A DNA stretch of 64,000 nucleotides from Chara braunii (lineage: Eukaryota > Plantae > Charophyceae). The DNA lies in the NCBI GenBank assembly GCA_003427395.1, contig BFEA01000003.1, positions 6,476,208-6,540,207 on the forward strand, written 5' to 3'. Position 1 is the stretch's first letter, and each line of letters starts with the position of its first letter. This document shows positions 62,899 through 64,000 of this stretch, in pieces. Under the pieces are notes generated by a model, which worked only from the letters and a program-made list of their open reading frames with translations, ran no database searches and had not been told where the DNA came from. The translations under genes were made by a program, and so were the position numbers.

Positions 62899-64000
62899 AT
62901 ACCCTTACGAGGGTATCCGCCCTGGTTTTTGCAAATGANAGAAAAATGAGTTTGGTCTAAAGTTAAGTATACCGCGCGAGGCGCGGTTGCGTCTGTGCGG
63001 TTACGATGGCCGGAAGGTTGACTAGAACAAAGGGTGTGTGGGCGCGCAGGTTTGAGGCACGCGTGATTTCGTTTCTGTCGTTGACTATAAAGTCGGCGCG
63101 GGCGCCAGACGGTTCGTTTTTATTTTTTTCTTTATTTTTATTTTTGTTTATTCTTGATTAAACTAGGATCTAAGGGATATTTTCTTTCGATGGCTATGTT
63201 TGACCGAGTCGAGCGCGCGTGCGGAGAACGACCCCGACGACAGCATCGGCAACGACGGTGCGACTTCGTGCGGCGAGCGGGGTGTCGTAGGATGGCACGT
63301 GGGGCAATTATGGCACGGTATAAGCAAGCCAGCGTGGGCACTGGGAGCCGCATAGCCGGTTTGTTGGCCCAAAGCGTCGCGCCGCACTGCCTATGTGGTA
63401 TTCTGCGGGACTTAGTCCCAGGCTTGGGCTTAGCCCTATTGGTTACAAAAGGGGACTAACATGGTAGAGGTTTGGGAATCGAGGCCAGCGAGCGTCGGCG
63501 CAGCGGCAGAGGAGTAGTGTGGAGCGAAAGACTGAGGTCTTGAGGGCCCTGTGGGGCTATCCCCCTCGGTTTTGCTTGTGGGTGCGGCAGTGGGCCCAAT
63601 TCGGAGGGCTGGCAAGGTGCCTGCAACCCCGCGGTTCCTCGAGGTTACTGATATTTTATTTCCCTTATGTTTGTTGTTCTTGGTCCCTTTGCAGGACGCG
63701 AGACTGCGGTAGGAGCGCATGGGGGTGTGTTGTATTCGCGGGGTCGCCTGAAGTGCAGTTACGAACGGTTTTCGTGGCTATGCTGAAGCCCCGCCCGACG
63801 CCGTTTTGATTGGGACGCGGTGCCGTGGGTGTGGCAGGCACCCAAGAGTCCTAGCTCAGTGGGTATACCCACGAACTGTCAGGATACAGACCCAGGGCAC
63901 GGGTGGAGTGGCCTTTGGCTTTTCGTAGGGGAATTGTCCCCATTAATCCTTCGGGACATCCGTAAAATTTGGTATAGAGAAGATTCGCATATGCCCTTCA

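Larger units (their letters stand above)
54245..64000 (+). mobile_element. Ty3/Gypsy LTR retrotransposon (degenerate; 3' LTR not in window)
   Basis: 5' LTR, iMet PBS, gag, protease (inverted), RT, RNase H and integrase in Gypsy order. Confidence 0.93.

Overview
Eukaryotic nuclear DNA made almost entirely of decayed, nested transposable elements; no intact host protein-coding gene was recognised. The style of the element proteins and a streptophyte-type mitochondrial trnP-sdh3 insert suggest a charophyte alga such as Chara (inference). Contents: three L1/Tx1-type LINEs, two of them in a 4-level nest (repeat < LINE C < LINE B < solo LTR), plus a 5'-inverted LINE fragment. There is also a Ty3/Gypsy element with an inverted protease segment, a Penelope-like element with GIY-YIG upstream of RT, a PIF/Harbinger derivative, hAT-like and TTAA-targeting MITEs, an intact tRNA-Asn(GTT), an intact minimal hammerhead ribozyme, a NUMT and three Nextera adapter artefacts. 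The most novel observation is that two diverged Gypsy LTRs (26885-29645 and ~54245-56925) each carry a sense ORF inside the LTR. These encode homologous ~80-aa four-cysteine domains (about 24/83 identical by hand alignment), a candidate LTR-encoded accessory protein. All calls are from manual reading; no database searches were run.
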